Part shown: in pieces, positions 1 to 13,933 of the stretch
Position numbering within the stretch: the stretch's first letter is position 1
Layout of the letters: every line of letters starts with the position of its first letter
From: Eledone cirrhosa
Lineage: Eukaryota
NCBI GenBank assembly: GCA_964016885.1
Contig: OZ024740.1
Location: forward strand, 312,232,001-312,296,000
DNA: 64,000 bases
Direction: 5' to 3'
The notes under the pieces: generated by a model
Databases searched by the model: none
Seen by the model: the letters and a program-made list of their open reading frames with translations, nothing else
Told to the model about the DNA's origin: nothing
Program-made: the position numbers and the translations under genes

Positions 1-8
1 CATATATA

Positions 9-1510
9 TCATCATCATCGTTTAACGTCCATCTTCCACGCTTGCATGGGTTTGGACGGGAATTTTCCCACTTGAGGCAAGATTGGTTGTCTTGCGGGTT
101 TTCTACGGCTGGATGCCCTTCCTAACACCAACCACGTTTACAGTGTGGACTGGGAGGTTTTTACCGTGTTACCTACACGGCTACATTACAGCGTGGACTG
201 TGTGTTTTTTTGTCATGACACCTACACGACCTCATTTGTTTCGGACTGGATGTTGTGGTACTAACATAACTTTACATTGAAAAGGGTGGTGTGGATGGGT
301 GGGGGTAGTGGGACGGGGGTGTATTTTTGTTAGAGGTGCCTACTGACTGTAGGTTTCGCTTTGTACTTAGGCAAGGCGGGTCTTCTGTATTACTGTGTAG
401 TGCCAAAGATCTCGGTCCAGTGACATTGTCTTGGAGAGGTGTAAGTGTGTGAGGTCGGAATTAATCAAGTCGTCCCAGGTTTTTCTGGGTCTGCCTACTC
501 CGTGGCTACCGTCTATTTTTATCGCCCTGCACTTTTTTATACGGCTGTCGTCTTTCATGCGCATCACGTGACCATACCAACGTAGTCTTCTCTCGAGTAA
601 ACAACATCTGATCCCTCTTATTCCTAATTTCTCCCTTAGTTCGTTTATGCTTTGCCGTTCACGTATATTACTATTACACATCCAGCGGAGCATGCAAGCT
701 TCGTTCCTCTCCAGTCTGCATATATCCTCTGCACACAATGCCCAGGTCTCACTGCCATGTAACATTGCTGTTCGTATACAGGCATCATACAGCCTGCCTT
801 TCATTTTTAGAGAGAACCCTTTAGCGGCCAATAGTGGTATAAGCTCTCTGAACTTTTTCCATCCCGTTCTGACTCTAGCTACTGTACTTTCAGAGCACCC
901 TCCACCACTGCTGATTTTGTCACCCAGGTAACGGAAGGTGTCAACTATTTCTATAGAACCATCTGTGCAATGTAATGAGCTAGTATTCTGTGGGCACTTG
1001 CTGCTACTTATTGCACCAGAGCACCGGCCACATATAAAATCTATATTCTTAGTTAGCTTACCTGTGATCCCTCTACATCTTTTATGCACCCATACTTTGC
1101 ATTTGGGACATAAAATGGAGTTTCTGCCTACTCCTTTCCTACACACTGAGCATGGCCATTTCCCAGATGGGACCGGTGCCCTATTTTCCTTCCTACAAAC
1201 TAGAACTTTAGTCTTAGACAGGTTAATTTTAAGGCCTTTTGATTCTAGGCCGTGCTTCCATGTTTGGAATTTCTTCTCTAGCTCGGCCATTGATTCAGCT
1301 ATGAGCGTTAGATCATCTGCGTATAGGAGTTTCCATGGGCAGCCGGTCTTGAACTCCTCTGTTATAGCCTGAAGGGCAATAATAAATAGTAGGGGGTTAA
1401 GAACGGAGCCCTGATGAACACCAACTTTTATGCTAAACTCTTCACTATATTCATTGTTAATTCTAACCTTGCTGACTGTTTCTTTATACATGGCTTGTAT
1501 AGCTCTTATA
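9..1510 (-). mobile_element. RTE-clade LINE, 5'-truncated, young subfamily with a long 3' UTR
   Basis: ORF 367-1524 has GVHQGSVL, YADD, a Cys/His finger, YLG, RRLRWYGHV and GRPRKTW, uninterrupted. It is followed by a ~360-bp 3' UTR and a (GAT)n tail running into (TA)n. Confidence 0.95.
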
Positions 1511-1900
1511 TATGCAGAAGACATGTGTAGATGGGAGAAAGTGAAGCAACCATACTCTTTTGGATGTGTAATGTAAGTGTGAGAAAAAGGCAGAGCCTGG
1601 ATGAGTTGAGGAAGAAGCTGGGTTTAAGAGGAATCTGAGGTGGTGTGCAGGAGAGAAAACTGCATTGGGTTGGACATGTGATGCACATGGATAATGTGTA
1701 TCCCATGTGACAAGAAATGCCTGTGGAAGAAAGTCTTGGTAGAAGTAGACCAAGAAAGACCTGGGCAGATGTGGGAGCTGACCTCAAATCACTGAGACTC
1801 ACAGAGCAGATGACAAAGGATTGCGATGAGTGGAGAGATGCTCTGCTGAGAAGGACCCGTCCAGCCCATGCAAGCATGGAAAAACGATGATTGATGATAT
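1511..1900 (+). mobile_element. RTE LINE 3' fragment (short-UTR subfamily), degenerate
   Basis: Homologous to 57945-58348 (AEDM..., GHVMHM, RPRKTW). It ends cccatgcaagcatggaaaaacgatgat. Confidence 0.85.
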
Positions 1901-1907
1901 ATATATA

Positions 1908-2066
1908 TCATCATCATCATCATCATCATCATTTAACGTCTATCTTCCAAGCTAGCATGGGTTTGACGGGAATTGTCCCATTTGAGGTAAGGTCGATCGG
2001 GTGATTGTGTCTCGCTTGTATAGGACTGACTGTATCTGGCAGGTTTTCTACGGCTGGATGCCCTTC
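1908..2066 (-). mobile_element. RTE-type 3' tail/SINE fragment
   Basis: (CAT)n tail plus gaagggcatccagccgtagaaaacc motif, tail-to-tail with the previous element across (TA)n. Confidence 0.8.
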
Positions 2067-2102
2067 TCTTTTAATTCTCCTTCTTTTTGGTTAATCAATA
2101 TG

Positions 2103-2196
2103 TTAGGCCTCATCGATTAGTGGCAAATTTTCTGTCTTTCCATAGAAATATTTTCTCCCACTTTTTCTTTTCCTCTTTTCCATCAAAGACCACAAT
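2103..2196 (-). CDS. Candidate terminal coding exon of the same minus-strand gene
   Basis: tgtttcag acceptor. Phase-2 entry matches the 8452 donor and gives (R)LWSLMEKRKRKSGRKYFYGKTENLPLIDEA-stop. Confidence 0.27.
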
Positions 2197-3254
2197 CTGA
2201 AACATCAAATTCACTCTCCATTAAAAATTAATGTAATTGTGTTCAGTCTTTTGTTGTTTTGTTTTATTATTGATATTTTTTTATCTATATAGGCGGTACA
2301 TTTAATGTTTCACCTGGTTTAACCTTTAGTACTTCCCATTAGAGTGTTGTTGTTGTTGCTGTTGTTTAGCATCAAGTTGTCTTAGAATAAATATCTAAGA
2401 GCAAAGGTATCTGAGCTATAACTACACCCCATCCATTTTAGACTACATTATCTCAATAATTAGAGTATTTAATCTAGTAGATGGATGATAGTATTTGTAC
2501 AGTATTTAGTTTTATCCCTACACATCCTCAATTAAATCTCCTTTTGGGGGATCAACTTAACATTTTATCCCTCTGCTCCTGATGGAGGTTTATAAGTACA
2601 AGGCATTAATAGTCATTGATTTGATTGATTTATGTCCTGAAAATTTGAAACTTTGTACCAATGTAGGTAATCAATATTTAATCCAATGCAGTATATATTC
2701 ACATTCCTCTACATTCTGAATTTATATCTTACTGATGTAAATTTATGCATTCATCCTCCAATGATTGATAAAATGAGTACTGGGTTTCATTAATTGACTG
2801 AATTTACCGCCCCCCCCCCTCCTTACTTGGTTTTGTTTCTATGTTAGAAATTGTTATTTAATTAAGTAAATGGAGCAAAATAACAAAATAGTAGGGTACT
2901 GGCGTTATGTAACTTTGCTCTTGTTTCTAGGTTTAAAACCATATTAGGGTCAACTTTGCCTCCCATTCTTCTGTGATTTCTAAAATATCTACCTGTAATA
3001 CATGAGGAATATTGTTTCAAAATAATCATTGTGCTTATTCAATCAATCCTTGTTTACCCCAGTACTTGTTTTCAGATATATTGGTGCAAAAACAAATGAA
3101 GTACTGTCACATTGCCAAAGACTGGGACTTTTATTTCACTTTATGATATATTCCAAGTAATGCAAAGAAAACATTGTAAGTGGGAGATCTATCTCAATTA
3201 TTTCTACTATAAGGAAAAGGTATGAGGAATGGAAGGGAATGGAAGTTTGTCAGT

Positions 3255-3600
3255 TTTGATGATGAATGTTCTAGTTGTTCGATCAATAGAGCAGCCTGCT
3301 CATGAAATTATTATGTAAGTGATTGAACTTTCCACAGACATGTGTACTTTTAGTGGAATTCTCAGGGAGATTCAACGTGACACCATATGAAACAAGGCTG
3401 GCTCTTTGAATTAATGTTACAGTTCATCTGACAAGTATCCACACAGCTTCCATCTACCCAGTTTCACTCACAAGGCATGGGTTAACCTATGGCTATGTTA
3501 AATCACACTTGCCCAAGATATTATACTGTGGGACCAAACACAAAACCTTATGATTTCAAAGCAAATTTTATAACCAGTCAAGATATTGTGAACTTCTTAA
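3255..3600 (-). mobile_element. tRNA-derived SINE, second family (caccttgggcaagtg core), degenerate
   Basis: Homologous to 22275-22600 (+), 21820-21960 and 21030-21135. The core and tail are shared among these copies. Confidence 0.6.
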
Positions 3601-4513
3601 TCATTTGGCCATGCTGTGAACTTCTTAACCATTCAACTATATTAAGTGAAATGGGTCAACTGGGAATTGAAACCCACAATGTAAATACAGAACGTACTAT
3701 GAGTTTATAGCACCAGCACAGTTGTTGTTTGCCCCAAGGTCAGTCCTGATTAAACTGACCTATGGTCAAAGACAATTTAGTTGTAGTCATCCCATCTTTT
3801 TGTATCTAATGAGTTCATTCGTTTTTAAAACAGAAGGGTGTGATTTTAGTGAATGTCACTGCTATTTCTAGCATGTTGAGTGTCTATCTTCAACTCATAA
3901 ATGTGCTGGACTAAATACTAGAAACAGAAACAGTCTTTTTTTTATACCGAAACTTATTACTTTATCTTATATTATTACTACAAAATATACGTTTTACTAA
4001 ACAATTCAAAGAATGTTTTTATTTTCATTTTTATGACATCTCATCAAACAGCTATTCTTTGTACTGTTTCATAACTTACATTCAAACCACCTACTTTACT
4101 GATTCACATTAAAATAGAACTTTCCAGCACTGTTTCCATATCTTGTTACTCTGCCCACCTGTCACCTAGTACAGTCCACCTATAATGCCTATTCCCATCA
4201 TTATATCAACAACATTGGCATACAGTGGAAACCAAAACGTTTATTCAATTTTTTTTTTTTTTCGTACTCAGTTACTAAAACATGAGCTTTATTTTATAGT
4301 GAAATAAGTTCAAATGGCAAATTATATTGGGGAAGAGTCATTTCAACCATTAAATAGTGACTATAACAAGTTTTGTCTGTTTTTTAAATAACTAAAATGG
4401 CACTTCCATGATATACTTTTAATACATACTTTCAGATCAAGTCATTTGCCAAATAAACTCATAAACATTTCCCATTTCTTTGAGTAAATCTAATAAAACT
4501 ATGAAAATTATTT

Positions 4514-4696
4514 CATTACTCTATATTTATTATTATATTTTCACAGTAAAGGCTTTACCTCACATAATATCGAATCTATGAGATTTTGATATTATTTATT
4601 TTGAGAACAATACCTTAAGCGGCCAGTTACAGCCAGTTTGAACAGAAAGAGGTGAGAGAATTCTGACCGGATATGGCCAGTTTAAATGCTAAAGGG
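4514..4696. mobile_element. piggyBac-type MITE (one end lost)
   Basis: Ends TTTAAATGCTAAAGGG|TTAA. Same family as 22620-22825 and 45640-45840. Confidence 0.75.
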
Positions 4697-5394
4697 TTAA
4701 AGTGTTCTAATGACACTAAATATATTCATAAGCCCACTGGTTTTCTATTCTGAATCTAGCAGGTCCTCTATACTGTGTATTTGGTATCGCTGGCAGACTA
4801 AATGTTCAATTGATGTAGGAGGTAGCCATTTGGGGGGTCTGAAGTTGGTGACAGAGTGATGAAGGCATTTTTATAAACATGGTGGTTTGAGGGTGGGAGC
4901 CGTGTGCCCCCCTCAATCCACACACATACATGAGACAGATTGTGCTAAGGTGGTCATTGTGGGATATTTGGGGTGGTTTGAAGTTGGCTATCATAGCACT
5001 TCACTGGGAGCAACATGTTAAGTTAATTTTCCTATTGATGGATATTACAGGATGTTGCAGTATATACAACCCCTTTCAGAAGCAGAGTTGTCAGTTGTGG
5101 ACCTCATAGCAGTAATGGGATGCTTTGTCTAGGATGTTCTGCTTAATGCTGGGAATGTTGTGCCCTTAGTCATGAAGCCTCCAGATGAAATAAGACATGG
5201 AGGAAAAATTCCCCCTATTCATACACCTAAAGGAATATGTGTGCTAGATAAATTTACCCTTGAACCTCTCTGGTGATGTGAAGGTGGAGTCAGGCATTGT
5301 GGGTCTAGAACTAGATTAACCAGTGTGCTATTTATTTAATATAAAACAGGAGTGGAGATTGAAGCGGTACACAGCCAAAATTAATTCTTTACTA

Positions 5395-5643
5395 TATGTA
5401 CCAAAAAGCACCCAGCCAACTCTGTAAAGTGGTAGTGTTGGGGTTTCATGATAAAATGCTCCCAGTACATACACACTGTAAAGTAGTTAGCATTAGGAAG
5501 GGCATCCAGCCAGAGAAACCAGGCCCAAAAGGGAACGTATGAGAAAGATGTAGTCACCTGACCAATCTGACCTCAAAACATGACAACCTGTCTAATCCAT
5601 GCAAGCATGGAAAATAGACATTAAATTGTGGTGGTGGTGGTGA

Positions 5644-5672
<29 letters not shown>
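5395..5672 (+). mobile_element. RTE-related non-autonomous element (SINE-like 3' module)
   Basis: cattaggaagggcatccagcc motif, catgcaagcatggaaaatagacattaaa end and (GAT/GGT)n tail, as in the RTE 3' ends. Confidence 0.75.
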
Positions 5673-5674
<2 letters not shown>

Positions 5675-7032
5675 AACCTCCTTTAGATCTTACATCAAAT
5701 TTGAAAAGGACAAATTTGCTTTTTAATCTCATTGGATTCAATAAAATATATACAAGTTATATACTAGGATCTATGTAGACAACTATATTCCTGTCTTAAA
5801 AGAGGAACATTTGGTATTTACTCAAACGCAATAATATAATTGATTTTGAAGTACGATAGAATAAGTAGTTACTTCCAATGAGTGGAATTTGGGAAATAAT
5901 AGTCACTGTTGTTTAGACCCTGGTCTGCTTTGATCAAAAAGAAGCTTCCCCATTGGTTTACTTAGGACTCAGTTTCATATTTACCAGCTGAAAAAAATTC
6001 ACTAACACAGCAAACATTTTTATAAGAACATAGACATCACACTATCACATTTCTCTCAAGTATAAATTCATGACCTTGCAACTAAGCAAGAGATCAATAA
6101 TATTGAATCTATAAATATCCAGTTTAAAATATATAATGATAATGCATTGACTTATAAATAAAAAAATATTGACTCCTATAAAGATATCATATTGATTTTA
6201 TACAAACAATAACATCTCGCAGAAAATTAATTTTAGATTTATTTGTTCTGTTTAACGAATTAATTTATGGTACTCCCATGCTTTATATTTTCTCCTTACC
6301 ATAAAGATTTCTTTAAAGTAAAATTCTTTCTTTGAATCTCCACTGACAATTTCATCAACATATTACATTAAACTTTTATAGCTCCACAAATATGTAATGT
6401 ACTACCAATACCAATAGAAAATTTTCTGCTAATCCATTATTTTCTGAAGACTGCAATCTAATATTTTTCAAACTTTTTAGAAATAAACAAATCCCACCAT
6501 GCAGTTATTAACTCTTAACAGCATGTAATTATTTAGCAGAAATATCTAAAACCAGGTTTGTTAATTCAAATATCTTTACTAGTGGACAAATCTTAGTGAA
6601 AATTTGCAGTATTAGAGTAAAGACTTCAGTTTTTAATGTGTCAATCACAATGCAGCTTTATACTTTTTAAAGAATGTCTTGCTAATGTGGCACAGAGTGC
6701 TAAGAGTTAAATAAAAAGTGTATGTATGCATACATAGTATGTTAAACCTACATACAGCCTTACTGTGATCATTTTAAACTGAGATCACATCATAGCTACC
6801 TCAATATTCATGCAAGAGCACGGTATACATGTATTTCAGAATTTCATATTTTTTCATCTGTAGTTGCTTACTGAATACAAGGTATTTAGGTAATGGAAGT
6901 ATCTTCCTATATAGGTTTTGTAAATTATATATTTTATCTTACCTCATTTACATATAGTGCTGGCTTGATGGGCTAGTACTAACACAATGTGGTTGGGAAT
7001 ATAGGTGTATATGCATACATATACTTTATGTA

Positions 7033-7245
7033 TAATGATTTCTACTATAGGCACAAGGCCAGCAATTTGGGGAGAGAGGAAAGTTGATTAAATCAACCCC
7101 AGTACATTACTGGTGCTTTATTTTATTGACCCTATAAGGAAGAAAGGCAAAACTAACTGTGGCAGGATTTGAACTCAGAACTCAAAGAGCCATAACTCTA
7201 TGCCACAAAGCGTATTGTCCGACCCTCTACCGATACTGCCAATCC
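7033..7245 (-). mobile_element. tRNA-derived SINE, family A
   Basis: B-box GAGTTCAAATCC, central tttgcctttc.tcctt...gtc.ataaaataaag block and agtagaaa...att tail. Matches many copies in the window. Confidence 0.85.
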
Positions 7246-7543
7246 TTATGTTTATGTATAATAAACATATATATACTCTCATTGTGAGTAGTTTAATCAA
7301 TTTTCATATGACAGCAGTGTAGGTGAACTGGAGATTGACACTATAAAGGTAACAGTTAAGACCAAATAATTCAGATATAAAAAAGTTAAAACACAATCAT
7401 CATCATCATTTTCATGATTGTCATTGTTGTTGTCAGCAACAAGACTAAATTAATTTAAATATATTTATTATTAATAGATGCAAAGAAATTAAACGATTGG
7501 CCTAAATATATGTTGATTTATGCACATACCTCTGCTATGTGTG

Positions 7544-7576
<33 letters not shown>

Positions 7577-8229
7577 GTGTGTGTGTGTCACCTGACCCAA
7601 CTTGCCTCAAATGGGACAACTTGTCTAACCCATGCTAGCATGGAAAGTGGATGTTAAATGATGATGATAATGATGATGATATATATATATGTATCATCAT
7701 CATCATCACCATTTTACGTCTATGTCACACTTGCATGGATCAGACAGGCTGTTATGCTCTGTGGCTAGACAGGCATGTCAGATGACTGTGTTTTTACTTA
7801 TGCATTCCATTTTGGTATGGTTTCTATAGTTGGATGTCCTGAACTCAGTAGAATAACTAGTAGAGGACAAGGAATGTCATCTGACCTGTCTAGCCTCAGA
7901 ATTTGGTAATCTACCTAACCCATGCAAACATGGAAAATAAACTAACAACAGTGTTGGTGATGATATGGCTCTTATCTTTTTATTTGTATGTCTTTTTTGT
8001 GTGTGTCTGTGTGCTTAAAACACAAATACTTACTCATATAAAGTAAAATATTTAATTCGAGCCAAAGATAGCTGTTTCTACATGGTTTTTCAACCAGCTA
8101 GAAATAGCAAAAGAAATGTTACATAAGTTAATGTAGTCCTAGATATATTATATCTGGAAAAACAAATTAGATGGTCATCTTTGGAATGTCTTTGATTCTT
8201 GGGTTTATTCAATCTGGGCTGAACAGGGA

Positions 8230-8412
8230 ACAACAATAGCAGCAACTATGACTATAAGATGACAACAATGACGACAACAACAACAGCAACAACAACTACA
8301 ATTATGACAACACTAATTACAACAACAACAACTACAATTATGACAACAATAATTACAACAATAGTAACAACATCTACAATCATGACAACAACAACAGCAA
8401 CAACAACAATGA
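8230..8412 (+). repeat. Degenerate (CAA)n trinucleotide repeat
   Basis: caacaacag/caactacaattatga units. Confidence 0.85.
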
Positions 8413-8451
8413 TACCTTTACTAAACAAAGCATGATTATCTGTAAATTTAC

Positions 8452-8594
8452 CTGTATTTTAGAATACACAGAAATGCCTGTTCACAGTGCAGTTTGTGAT
8501 ATATTACTTGTTTACCATTGAAGGGTGCTGGACGTAGGGAAGCTTTAAACAAACAATTTCTGGATAATGTCAACAAAAACTCTGAACTCAGATT
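8452..8594 (-). CDS. Candidate coding exon of an unidentified minus-strand gene
   Basis: Unique (non-repeat) DNA. Acceptor cttttattgatttag, donor CAG|gtaaat. Only one frame is open: NLSSEFLLTLSRNCLFKASLRPAPFNGKQVIYHKLHCEQAFLCILKY(R). I do not recognise a family. Confidence 0.33.
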
Positions 8595-8689
8595 CTAAAT
8601 CAATAAAAGGCTACTGAGTTCAGATACTAAGAGTAGGAGTTAAATATATTCCAATTAGTAATATAATAAACTAGGATTTTTTTCAATAC

Positions 8690-9046
8690 CTTGACGCGTA
8701 TGTGTATATGTGTGTGCGTGTGTATATGTGTGTGCATGTGCATATCCATATATATGAGTATTTAAACACATGCAAACACAGACACAAAAATACACACAGA
8801 CATACATTCACACAAATACACATACATTCACACAAACACATACATACACATACATGCATATACATTCACACAAACACATACATACACATACATGCATATA
8901 CATTCACACAAATACACATACATTCACACAAACACACACATAGATTCACACAAACACATACATACATACACAGCATAACAAATGGAACGCCAGCCACTAT
9001 TTTGATATAGTTTTTTCTGCCATCCCTTCTCTTCCTTTTACACACA
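8690..9046 (-). repeat. CA-rich dispersed repeat; inverted copy of 15105-15420
   Basis: cattcacacaaacaca units plus the unique block aaatggaac..cagcca.tattttg.tatag, shared in reverse complement with the copy at 15.1-15.4 kb. Confidence 0.75.
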
Positions 9047-9553
9047 TATAACGGAATACTCCTATATTTTACTGGCGAAGATTCAAAACCGAATCTGAGA
9101 CCACCCATTATTGGAAAGTACCCACCTGTCCTGTCAAGACAGCGATGATAAATGTACATTCCACTTGACCTGTGACCCCAGCTTCTTGGGAGACGATATC
9201 CACATGGCTGATCATAAATCAACCTCATATACACATCCTTCTAACCATAGCACTATTATAAATACAAGGAGTTAAGGAATCTAAAGACCAGAGAGACCGA
9301 AGCAAGCAGTCCGTGTTAAGGTTCACGATGTAGCAGACCTTTCACTCTATCTCTCTCTCCTGGCCTCACTGGTTATCACCTTCTCGGTCACAGACACGAA
9401 CAGACTCGAAGCAACAGTCAGTGAGAGATAATCATGTAAGCATCGGCAGACTTTTTACCCTTTCTCTCTCCTGACCCTTGCTTTAGATGAATGGTATTAT
9501 ACATATATTTATTACTGTTTTAGAAATAACATGAAAGGCTGATTTACTTTGTT

Positions 9554-9928
9554 TGTAGATAGGTTTACTTATAAGTTACCGGAGATACAGGGTTTGTTGA
9601 TGTTGCAGGTAGCTGAATGGATTGAGACCAAAGTATGTGCTGGAGTTTGTTCTTGGAGAGAGAAGGCTCTTAACGTGTTCACTGTAGTAATTTGATATTT
9701 GCCTCCACACTTGTCGTGGGAGAAATCGGCTCCAATCTCCAGGGCTGCTACATCGCTAATCAGAGTGAAGGAGCGAAAAGAGAGAAAGAATACGCTGGCG
9801 GTCTCAATATATAGTCCCAATGGGGACGTATCTCCGATTACTTCTTGTAGGTGACACTAGGGGTCACTACCGACCCAAAGGGACGTAACTCTAATGAGTT
9901 CTGGGTTCCACCGCTAGGGGTCACTGCA
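9554..9928 (-). repeat. Gypsy 3' LTR (~375 bp)
   Basis: Preceded on the minus strand by a polypurine tract GGAGGAGGG. Segment 9718-9928 is a direct repeat of 13934-14144. Confidence 0.85.
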
Positions 9929-12900
9929 ATACCCTCCTCCAGATGATAGGCGAAAAGCCCGAAGGTAATTGCAGCGAACCCCCAAGGATGGGTTCCAAGC
10001 AAAGGCATGAAAGAGTAACAAACAAACAAAAATCAAAAAGTACATGCATACATAATACAATGAAAAAGAAAACAAAAGACTCCAGTGGCCAGTTCATATA
10101 AAAAATGTCTGACAGAGTTTTTTTGGCCAGTGGACTCTTCGACTGGAACGGGTCGTGGTCTTGTATGTAGGTGAAGGTGGAGCAGAAGGAGCAGGTGTAT
10201 GCACAATAGAGAAAGATTGGGTATTTGTGGCTCAGGTGTATGAGCATCAGTGTATGCCCTTTTTACTCTCTCCACAGAAATTGTCTCTCTGGATCCCTTA
10301 ATGTCTACTGTGAAATGTTTGTCAGTGCGTACTAACACACGGTAGGGTCCAGAGTACGGCTGCGTGAGGGGTGGAGTAACGGTGTCGTTTCTGACGAAGA
10401 CATGTGTCCAAGAAGCAATATCCCTCGGGACTGCAGTTTTAATAGTTTGTTCCCTAGTATTCATAGGCAGTAGGTCCTGAAAATATGAGCGTAAACGAGA
10501 TACATAGGAAAGAGGATCCTGAAAAGCAAGATAAACAGGGGCAAGCATTTGCCCATGCAACGCTAGAGGAGCACCATACAATAATTCGGCCGGGGAGAAC
10601 CCAAGGTCCTGCTTTAATGATGACCGAATTCCTAATAACACAATAGGAAGGTACTCGTTCCAGCGTAGAGAGTCTGGGTAGGCACGAAGAGCGGCCTTTA
10701 ATTGGCGGTGAAAACGTTCCACCATTCCGTTCGAAGCAGGATGTTAATGGTTATATGGTCCGGATTCGTTGAGCACCAATGATTTTTGTCAGCTCTGAGA
10801 AGAGATGAGATTCAAATTGTCTACCACGGTCTGTGGTAATTGTGGTAGGCTCGCCATAGCGGGCAATCCACCCTGATACGGCACGTGCTATAGTCTCAGC
10901 AGTAATGTCCGTCAAGAGGATGGCTTCAGGCCATCGCGAAAAACGATCAATGCAGGTCAAAAGTTAAGAATATCCACTACTGAATGGCCAAGGTCCAACG
11001 ATATCAATGTGGATGTGTTGAATACGAGCATCTGGAGTACTGAAAGTACCAAGTGGAGTCCAGGTGGGTCTGTGGACTTTAGACTTTTGACACTGTGTGC
11101 AGGAACGGCACCCGACAGTAATTTCTCGCCTCATATTTGACCAGAAAAATCTAGTCGTTATGAGCTTTACTGTGGCTGAAATTCCTGGGTGAGAAATGCT
11201 GTGCAAAGCAAGGAACACAATTCGACGGTGAGTCGCGGGAACATAAGGTCGTGGTGAATCCGTCGATACGTCGCAGAGGATCTCCCTATCGGTGGTCGAC
11301 AAGGGCAGATATTTCAAGTCACAAGTCGCAAGCTCGGCTGATTGAGTGATTTGAGTGATTCGAGTGCAGGTTGGTCTGCTGCTAAATGATTTAAATCGAT
11401 CTCCTGGGATGACGAAATCGAGCTAATTGGTAAACATGACAAGGCATCTGCAGCTGTGTTTAGTGAGCCAGCAATGTGCTGTATATCATTTGTAAACTGC
11501 GAAATGTAATCAAGGTGCCTTGTCTCTCTGGGTGAATATTTGTCAGCTTTAGCCCTCAAAGCAAAGGTCAGAGGTTTGTGGTCAGTGAAAACCGTAAAAG
11601 TTCTTCCCTCAAGAATATGAGAAAAATGTTTCAACGACAGATATATGGCTAATAACTCCCGGCCAAACGTGCTGTAACGAGTTTCTGCTGGTTTCAGCTT
11701 CCTGGAGAAAAATGCCAAAGGTTGTTGGTTTCCAGCGTTATATTGTTGTAAAACTGCTCCCACAGCGGTATCAGATGCATCAACACAAAACAAAAGCTTG
11801 GCCTCTGGTACTGGGTGGGCTAGCAAAGATGAATTAGCAAGTACTGTCTTGGCAGTCTGGAAATCTTCGAGTTGTCCTTGTGTCAAAGAAATATCCTCAT
11901 TCTTCTTACAACGATTTTTCAAGATCTCGGTAAGGGAAGATAGTAATTTTGCACATTGAGGAACGAAACGTCTATACAAATTGATTAGGCCTAAAAAGTG
12001 ACGCAACTGGTGAAGTGTAGTAGGTGGAAGTAGATCCTGTATAGCTTTAACTCGCTGAGGAAGGGGGCGGATACCCTATGCATCGATGAGGTGGCTTAAA
12101 AAATTCAGTGAAGCGGATCCGAAAACACACTTTGCGGGATGCACTCGAACGCGGTAATCCTGGAGTCGGCGAAATAAAAGGTTCAGGTGATGCATATGCT
12201 CTTCTGGAGAGGAACTAGCAACGAGATCATCTATATATGCATAAATGAAGTCCAGACCAGGAGTGACCTCGTCTATGAACCGCTGAAAAGTGCTAGCGGC
12301 ATTCCTAAGTCCGAAAGGCATGGTAAAAAATTTGAAGGAACTGAAAGGAGTCGTAATAGCTGTTTTCGAGATGTCTTCCTTGCTGACTGGAATTTGGTGG
12401 TAAGCTCGCACTAAATCGAGTTTGGAGAAAATCTTACAACCCTGCAATGAAGATGCGAAATCCTGGAGATGGGGAATCGGATATCTATCCGGGACGGTCA
12501 TAGCGTTTAACCTCCTATAATCCACAGTGAGTCGCCAGAAGTCTTGGGCACCATATGTAACGGTGAAGCCCAAGGACTCGTAGATGGGCGAATAATGCCC
12601 AGCTGCAGCATATGGTAGAACTTGGACCGTGCTGCCTTTAATTTGTCCGCCGGTAAACGGCGTGGACTTGAAAACATTGGAGCACCAGTGGTGGAAGTAA
12701 AATGTTTGGTTGAGTGAGTTGGCTTCTCCAGCGGCAGCGATGAAGAATATTGGGCCGACTGTTGGAGCATTGGCTTTTCAGCCACGAATTGAAAAACCGG
12801 TGATGTCATCCACCAGACGTTGGCCACGGACGTCCACAGTCAAAGAGAAATTGTGAAGGAAATCCGCTCCTAAGATAGGGTATGGTAAGTCAGCGACCAT

Positions 12901-13933
12901 AAAATTCCATTTAAAATCCCTATGAGGATTTAAGAATTTGAGAGGAAGTGAGATTTGTCTGTACGTCTTTATAGGCGAATGGTTAACGGCTTGCAAAGTA
13001 ACGGATGACTCAACGGGGGTATCTTTTAGGCAATGGACCAGCCAAATACTACAGGAGGCTCCTGTATCCACGAGAAAGCCTCTCCCGGACATAAAGTCCT
13101 TGATGAAGAAATGGCGGTTTGTGGCTTTATTCTGAGGTTAGCTGCTGCCGTCAGCGCACCTCTCAGGCGTTTCCCAACTTCAGAAACGAACAAGGTTGCA
13201 CACAATGGTTCGCATTCTCGGCAAAACGCTCGTGGTACCAGCATAAAGATGAAGCTGGTGATCTGGGGCAGTGTCTAAAAGAGTAAGATCTACCGCGGCT
13301 GCGCAAGTGCGAACGAGCACCACTAGAGGCCTTCAGCTTCTGTAGCTCCAGGGTGAGTTCCTGAATGGCTTTCTGCATAGCCATTATAGCTGCGCTGTCA
13401 GTATAAGTAGCCGCACATGTGTCATGGTCAGGTGTGGCCTGAGCTGGGTGAAAAACAGCGGCAAGGGCCTTGCTGCCTCCAGCGCCCGTGACCTCAAAAA
13501 CCTTATCCGCCGAAGTGGCAAGTTGGTCGAATGAGCATGTATCCCTAATGGGAGCCAAAATTGCCTGGACGTTGGTCAGTAGACATGAGAAAAACAACTG
13601 CTCCAAAATCGCAGTTTCCACTACTGAGCCTTCCGTTAGGTCTTTCATTCTCTATAAGAGGTTCGATGGAGTGCCATCACCGATATGCTCTAAATTGACC
13701 AGAGCTCTAAATCGTTTCTTGGCAGACTGTGCAGTTCGGCTGAGTATTTTGGCCTTCAATGACTTGTAAGTTGCGTCAGAAGTGTCTCCAATACGAGATC
13801 CTTAATCACTGGGATAAGTGTCGGCAGAATTGCACTAAGGATGAGTGGACATTGCTGTACCTCATCGATTTTGTTGGCCTCGAAAAATGCTTCCATTTGA
13901 GCGAACCATAACCTTACGTCGACCGCGTAAGTA

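Noticed and set aside
647-1877. ORFs overlapping RTE copies on the opposite strand or frame (also 26191-27939, 56117-58308)
   Set aside because: Antisense or alternative-frame shadows of LINE ORFs with no independent motifs.
4800-5300. Possible Penelope GIY-YIG remnant on the minus strand
   Set aside because: Only a vague resemblance with no intact motif. A profile search would be needed.
6300-6450. Minus-strand exon ending at a strong ATG|GTAAGG donor
   Set aside because: Stops occur in the frames compatible with the neighbouring candidate exons. Only a short MLMKLSV... reading remains, without support.
8683-9234. His/Thr- or Cys/Val-rich ORFs (also 14054-14260, 15180-15410)
   Set aside because: These are translations of CA/TG microsatellite-rich repeats.
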